Notes under the pieces: generated by a model
What the model was told of the DNA's origin: nothing
The model's database searches: none
What the model saw: only the letters and a program-made list of their open reading frames with translations
Made by a program: the position numbers and the translations under genes
Shown: in pieces, positions 58,576-64,000 of the stretch
How the letters are laid out: each line of letters opens with the position of its first letter
Position numbering within the stretch: the stretch's first letter is position 1
NCBI RefSeq assembly: GCF_036971445.1
Contig: NC_091469.1
Coordinates: forward strand, 303,242,001-303,306,000
Direction: 5' to 3'
Source: Narcine bancroftii
Lineage: Eukaryota
DNA length: 64,000 nt

Positions 58576-59839
58576 ATTATCAATGCTGGAATAAAGGCAG
58601 ACTGCAGAACACAATATTGAAACAGATGTATATTTTGGGAGTTTGTACTGAAGCTCCATTCAAAACAATGCATAAGTATTCTTGTTGGAAAATAGAGAGA
58701 AACTTTCTGAAAGTTCAGTATCTTTAACATTGCAGTGGAATCCACAGGAGCTGGTAAGATAAGTAAAGATTTCCTGAACATATACTTAAGTGGATTAATA
58801 TATCTGAGAATTATTTTCCTCTGAAAGAGAAATTAAATAGGAAAAGGTGAGAAGACTGATTTTAGATTGCTGAAAATCCTCTCGCTAATGACCATTAATG
58901 ACAAACTTATTCAGCATTTCACAGCTGAAGTCAAATGAGAAAGTAATTTATGACTGAAGTGAGTTGCTTGGAATTTCAGTAGTTGTTCCCTCCTGAGCCA
59001 CCTTCTGCCACATCTTCAAGCAGCTATGGAAAAAGTCACGGTCACAGTTGTGTCGGAATAGTAAAACTGAGCATGTTTCATTTACTAGGATGAATAGAAT
59101 GCAGAACAAGTGAGAACTCCAAAAATAAAAGGCATTTTACCTCATTGCCAACTGAGGTCAATTACAGGACAGCGATTTAATGGTGGTGATATAATAGATT
59201 TTTATTGTACTGAAAACAACATGAAGTTCAACACAAATTGAACAGTGAACCAACTTGTTCTCATAAGGAAAATAGCAAAATAACTACATTTCATACAACT
59301 GAGATTATCTGACCACATCATTTTTAAGTGATTTTCATTGGAAGTACCTTTCACAACATGTGGACGATACTTTCATGCACAATATATTAAGCTAATCAGC
59401 TATGGCATGCCAAAATCATCAGGTTTCCTCCCTTCCATTATCACTTGACAATTCTAAAATCTCCCAGTTCCTTTTCCAAATAATGTAGTGAACATTTCTA
59501 TGCAAGGAGTGAGCTGTTTAATGTCATGGGCTCCACCACCTGTTCCTAGACATGAATACTGTAATTTGCACAACCCTGCTGTTCCTCCTCCTAACCTATT
59601 GCTGGCTACATCTTTGCGAAGTTTTCTTTGTGCCTCTTGGGTAGTCTACGTCTTTAATTACTGCTTTTCACAGGATTTGCAAAAGAAGCGCTACTGGAGT
59701 TTAACCTTCGGCAAAGCACTGATGAGCATCTCTGATAAAATAATGTATTTTCATCATATTTTGATTTGTTATCTGTTCATTAGTGACACAGGCTGGATTT
59801 GACCTGTCTTTTGAAGATTACAGTTCACTTTCCCACCCT

Positions 59840-59948
59840 TTGAATCACTGCATTGGAATGTCGGCCTGGATATTTGCGCTCAAACGACTAGGGTAAGACT
59901 TGACCTCAAACCATCTGATCAGAGGTAACAAAGCTCAGCTGACACAGC
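59840..59948 (-). mobile_element. 5' part of a SacSINE1/Deu-type SINE
   Basis: The reverse complement reads ..cctctgatcagatggtttgaggtcaagtc..ttgagcgcaaatatccaggccgacattccaatgcag. Confidence 0.5.
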
Positions 59949-60139
59949 CAGGTCCCGTGTAATGATAGGCAAAGCTCCGTGATTGTCACTGGGTTGACCA
60001 AAAATGACACCCATTCTTAGACCCAAAAATATAAGGTTGGACGTAGATGTGATCCAAGTTTGAGTTCAATCATCAGTATAACTTGAGGGTCTGCTTGATC
60101 GCAGTCTGGTTCCTCCATCAGCTAATCAACACATTGGTC

Positions 60140-60395
60140 AGTATGCATAGCTTTTAGCACAATGCCTTTACAGCGCCAGCGATCAGGACCAGGGTTCAAA
60201 TCCCAAGTTGACTGTAAGGAATTTGTACATTCTCCACGTGTCTGCATGGATTTTCCCCAGGGGCTCTGGTTTCCTTCCACCGTTCGAAATGTACCATGAA
60301 ATGTAGATTAATTGGGTGAAAAATTAGGCAGTACAAACTTGTGGGCCAAATAGCCTATTTTCATGCTATATGTCTAAATTTAAGTTTAAAAAAAT
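60140..60395 (+). mobile_element. tRNA-derived SINE
   Basis: ttagcacaatgcctttacagcgccagcgatc..gggttcaaatccc..tail gtgggccaaatagcct. Confidence 0.85.
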
Positions 60396-61790
60396 ATGCT
60401 GACCAAGTCAGCATTCTGGGCTAATATCATTTGGTTCATATCCAACTTTCTATCCATCTATCTGTCTAACTGTCTTTTGAACATTGTAATTTTGCCCTTT
60501 TACTATTTCTGCTGATAGCTCGTTCCAGATATGGACCACCTCTGAGTGAAAAACGTTGCTCCCCAGCTCCATCTGATGTTTTTTTTTTCCTTCCCACCTG
60601 AAACCGTTGCCCTCTCATTATAGAATCATCTCCCCTGCAAAGAAACACCAAGCATTCATTCTTTCTGTGCCCCTCATGATTTTAGAGATCTCTGTAAGAT
60701 CACTCCTTTGCTTCCTTCACTCTAGTCACAGCCTATCTAATGTTTCCCTATAACTCAAGCCCTCTAGTCCCAGCAGAATGCTGGTGAAGTTCTTCTGTGC
60801 CCCTGCCCATTTGTTGACATCCTGCCTTTAGCTAGGCATCCAGAACTACACGCAGTCATATCACCAATTCTTTGCATAACTGAATCATGAGGTACCAATT
60901 TTTATGGACAATTTCTTACCTGATCAAGGCAACTGAGCTAAGGGCTTTCCTCAATAACTTGTCCACCTGAGTGACCACTTTCAAGGAACTATGCACTTGT
61001 ACCCCTAAGCCTTTGGTCTCTCTGTTCTATAGGACACTCCAGGGTCCTAACATTCACAATGTATGTCCTCCCCTGATTTGACTTACAAAACTACAACACC
61101 TCATGCTTGTCAGAGTTAAATTCAATTTGTGATTCCTTGGCCCACTTCAACTATCTAGATCCTGTTTAAAAAAAAACTAGATAACTTTCTTCACTGTCCA
61201 TTATTGCCACCAGTTCTACTGATTATGTTAAGTTGCCTTCCAAATTATTAATATTGATGACCAATAGCAGTGAACCCAGTACTGATCCCTGTGGTACACC
61301 ACTGTCACAGGCCCTTATTACTGCCCTTGCCTCTTTACACAAAGCCAGCTTTGAATCCTAGGTGATCTAACTTTACAGACTAAGGTTGCTCATCCATGCT
61401 GAAGTTTACATACACAGTGTCCACCGCCCTGCCCTCGTTAATTATCTTTGCCACCTCTTTTAAAAAGCTCCACTTGATTTCCCATGCAAAAACAAAACAT
61501 GCTAATGAGTGCCAATCAATCCCTGATTTATCCAGATGCTGGCCCTCAGAATTCATCTCCGGCAATTCTCTGACTACTGACTTCAAGCACACTGCCTTGC
61601 TGTCGTCTCGCTTGCCCTTGCTGCTCTTCTCAGTTGATGGCACAACATTAGCCATCTTCCAGTCTTCAGGGATTTTACCTGAGGCCAAAGATGGTGCAAG
61701 TATCTCAGCAAGGGCCTTTGAGATTTCTTCCATAGCTTCCCACAAAGCATGAGAATAAACTTCATCAGGATTTGGGGATGTGTTCACTAG

Positions 61791-62043
61791 GGGCTCAGTT
61801 AGCATAGAAGTTAGCACAATGCTGTTAAAGTGTAAGTGACACAGGTTTGAATCCTATGCTGTCTGTAAGGAGTTTGTACGTTCTCCCCAAATCTGCATAG
61901 ATTTCCTCCAGGTGATCTGGTTTCCTCCCACCATTCAAAAATGTACCTGGGATTCTCGGTCAATTAGATGTATTTGGGCAGCACAAATTCATGGGCTGGA
62001 AGGACCTGTTACCATGCTGTGTGATTAAATTTTAAAAGAAAAA
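61791..62043 (+). mobile_element. tRNA-derived SINE nested in CR1
   Basis: gttagcacaatgctgtta..ggtttgaatcc..gtctgtaaggagtttgtacgttctcccc..tttcctccc. Confidence 0.85.
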
Positions 62044-62206
62044 ATAACATGCTCCAAGGCTTTCAAACCATCTCCATGGTAGTTCTAATATAGTCTAGGA
62101 CATCACAACTCAGTTGCTTAAATTCCTTGTCTTCCATAATCATCTCCACAGTGAAAACAGATAGCATATTCATTCAAAATCCCATGGCTTTCCAGTGGCT
62201 CTACAC

Positions 62207-62255
62207 TAGTGGTTCTCAACCTTTTTCTTTCCACTATGCCTATGCCATCAGTGCC
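62207..62255. mobile_element. Truncated left end of the hAT mini-MITE
   Basis: tagtggttctcaacctttttctttccact..cctatgccat preceded by ctctacac. Confidence 0.65.
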
Positions 62256-62522
62256 TCCCTTTCTTGCCATTCCCTTACCTATGATCACCCTCTCTCATTC
62301 AACTTCTACAAGCTCCTGCTTAACATCTCCAAATTAGCCATACCCTAATTGAGGACTTTAATCTGCAGACTAGTCCCATCTTTCTCCATAACTATTTAAA
62401 ATTTATTGCATTGTAGTCACTGGTCCAAAAGTGCTTCCTATTTCATTTTCTTATTCCATAAGAGAAGGTCCAATATTACACCACATTCATAAGGCCTGAA
62501 TTTTTAATGAGGAAGTTCTCAA

Positions 62523-63335
62523 GTTATGTCATCAGGCTTATTGTCCTCTGAATGTATGAGTACAACCCAATGAAACAGCGTTCTCCAGTCCTCAATGCAA
62601 AAACATGCAGACACATAACACACATACAGATGCATAATATATATTCAGGACAAATATTATATCTATAAAAATAAATAGCAATCATTTTGTACAAATGAGA
62701 ATCTCGAATGGTTTGTGTGAGCAGTTCCCTTGTTTGTTCAGCATTCTCACTGCCCGTGGGAAGAAGCTTTTCCTCGGCCTGGTGGTGCTGGCTCCGATTG
62801 TTCTGTATCATTTCCCCAATGGGAGCAGCTAAAGGATGCAGTGTGCAGGATGGAAGGGGTCATCAATGATTTTGTGCACCCTCTTCAGACAACAATCCCA
62901 GTCGATCACGTCAATGGGGGGGTGGGGGGGGGAGGGGGGAGGAGGGGAGGAAGGGTGATGGTGATTCCAGTGCACCTCTCTGCCACTCTTATGGCCCTGA
63001 GGATTAACATCTGATTCAATTCTCTGCAGCAACTGTACCACACTGTGATGCAGCCAGCCAGGATGCACTCAATGGAGCTTTTATAGAAGCTTGACATAAT
63101 GGTGGCTGGTACTTTTCCCACTTCAGTCTTCTCAGAAAGGGCAGTCACTCTTGTACCTTCCTTACAAGTGAGGAGATGTTGAGTGACCACAATAGGTCAC
63201 GTGTTCAGTGAACCCCAGTCCCTACTACAGAGTTGTTGATGTGTAGTGGAGGGTGGTTGTTCCTGGGCTTCCTGAAGTGCATGATCATCTCCCTCATCTT
63301 GTCCACGTTGAGACTTATGTTGTTACTCCTTCACC
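62523..63335 (-). mobile_element. Rex/Babar LINE 3' part (second subfamily)
   Basis: Minus-strand FYKSSIECILAGCITVWY, CLKRVHKIIDDPFHPAH. Confidence 0.85.
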
Positions 63336-64000
63336 ATTATCCATCATTGTGTCTCTCCTCTCTATTACACTTGTTCTCCTTGAGTACAATATTAGTCCCC
63401 AACTTCTCATCTGCTCAGGGCCCCAGCCCCATGCTAATCTAGGTTCCGTCTTCCAGAGAGCTGCATAGCCCAAGGTATCCATTCCAATAGAACAGACTTT
63501 GCATCAAATCGACACAAATTGAGTGAGAAAAGTAAAAGACAAAAGTCTGCATGCACCGTGATTGGAGTAAAAACGCAGTGCTGGAGAAATTCAGCAGATC
63601 AACCAAGCATTATTTATGTAGCAAAAATAAAGATACTGAACCAACATTTTGGGCTTGAGCCTTTCAAGGTTGATCAATGTTCATCAGAATTGAATGAGAA
63701 ACCCAGATATAGAAGAGAGAAGATGATTAGAGAGAGGAATATAGTTTTACAGGGGTTACTATTGGCTAATCAGGAAAATCGTGGTCACAAGGATGTTGCT
63801 CGCATGGTCTTCATCATGCTTGCATATGTTGGTGAGAGGTCCATTTGCCAGGTTTCAAATGCTGCACTCCAGGACCTCAGATCTGATCTGCAGGTCCTTT
63901 ATGCCTCTCCCAAGAAGACTTTGCATTTATTATGAAGTTTTGCATGAGTAGAACTTCACTAATTCAGGCCATGGATACATCAATGAATTTAATGCAAATG

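Larger units (their letters stand above)
60420..62520 (-). mobile_element. Old CR1 LINE, interrupted by a SINE (61791-62043) and a MITE fragment (62207)
   Basis: Minus-strand SLASGKIPEDWKMANVVP, INEGRAVD.VYVNFS, G.PQGSVLG (gatccctgtggtacacc); 3' tail remnants near 60430-60700. Confidence 0.8.

Noticed and set aside
1-64000. Species-level assignment (e.g. an electric ray) and a novel multi-gene system
   Set aside because: Repeat content supports an elasmobranch but not a species; no unexplained coding capacity beyond LRRC4C and TE fragments was found.

Overview
This is AT-rich vertebrate genomic DNA, most likely from a cartilaginous fish (shark or ray). The repeat mix supports this: HE1/V-type tRNA SINEs with CR1 tails, SacSINE/Deu-type SINEs, Rex/Babar, Penelope hairpins, CR1, RTE and fish-type L1. 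The only host gene is the single coding exon of LRRC4C (netrin-G ligand 1, NGL-1; 640 aa) at 50531-52453 (+). Its splice acceptor is at 50480-50481, followed by the 3'UTR. The preceding ~50 kb is probably intron of this gene and is densely filled with decayed and nested transposons. There is an assembly gap at 54341-54742. I found no convincing new protein-coding system; almost all other ORFs are TE fragments or noise. The most unusual structures are: (1) a 'composite' hAT MITE made of two inverted ~130-bp mini-MITEs plus a captured spacer, mobilised as a unit three times; (2) two complementary deletion derivatives of one Charlie-type hAT transposon; (3) three or four solo LTRs with intact TSDs; (4) a ~0.75-kb non-coding retroposon family with a YY1-type head; (5) an overlapping upstream ORF 4 nt before the LRRC4C start; (6) a near-identical 126-bp non-TE local duplication; (7) a perfect DR2 nuclear-receptor element. 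TE boundaries without a stated TSD or TIR are approximate (tens of bp), and family names come from motif recognition, not database searches.
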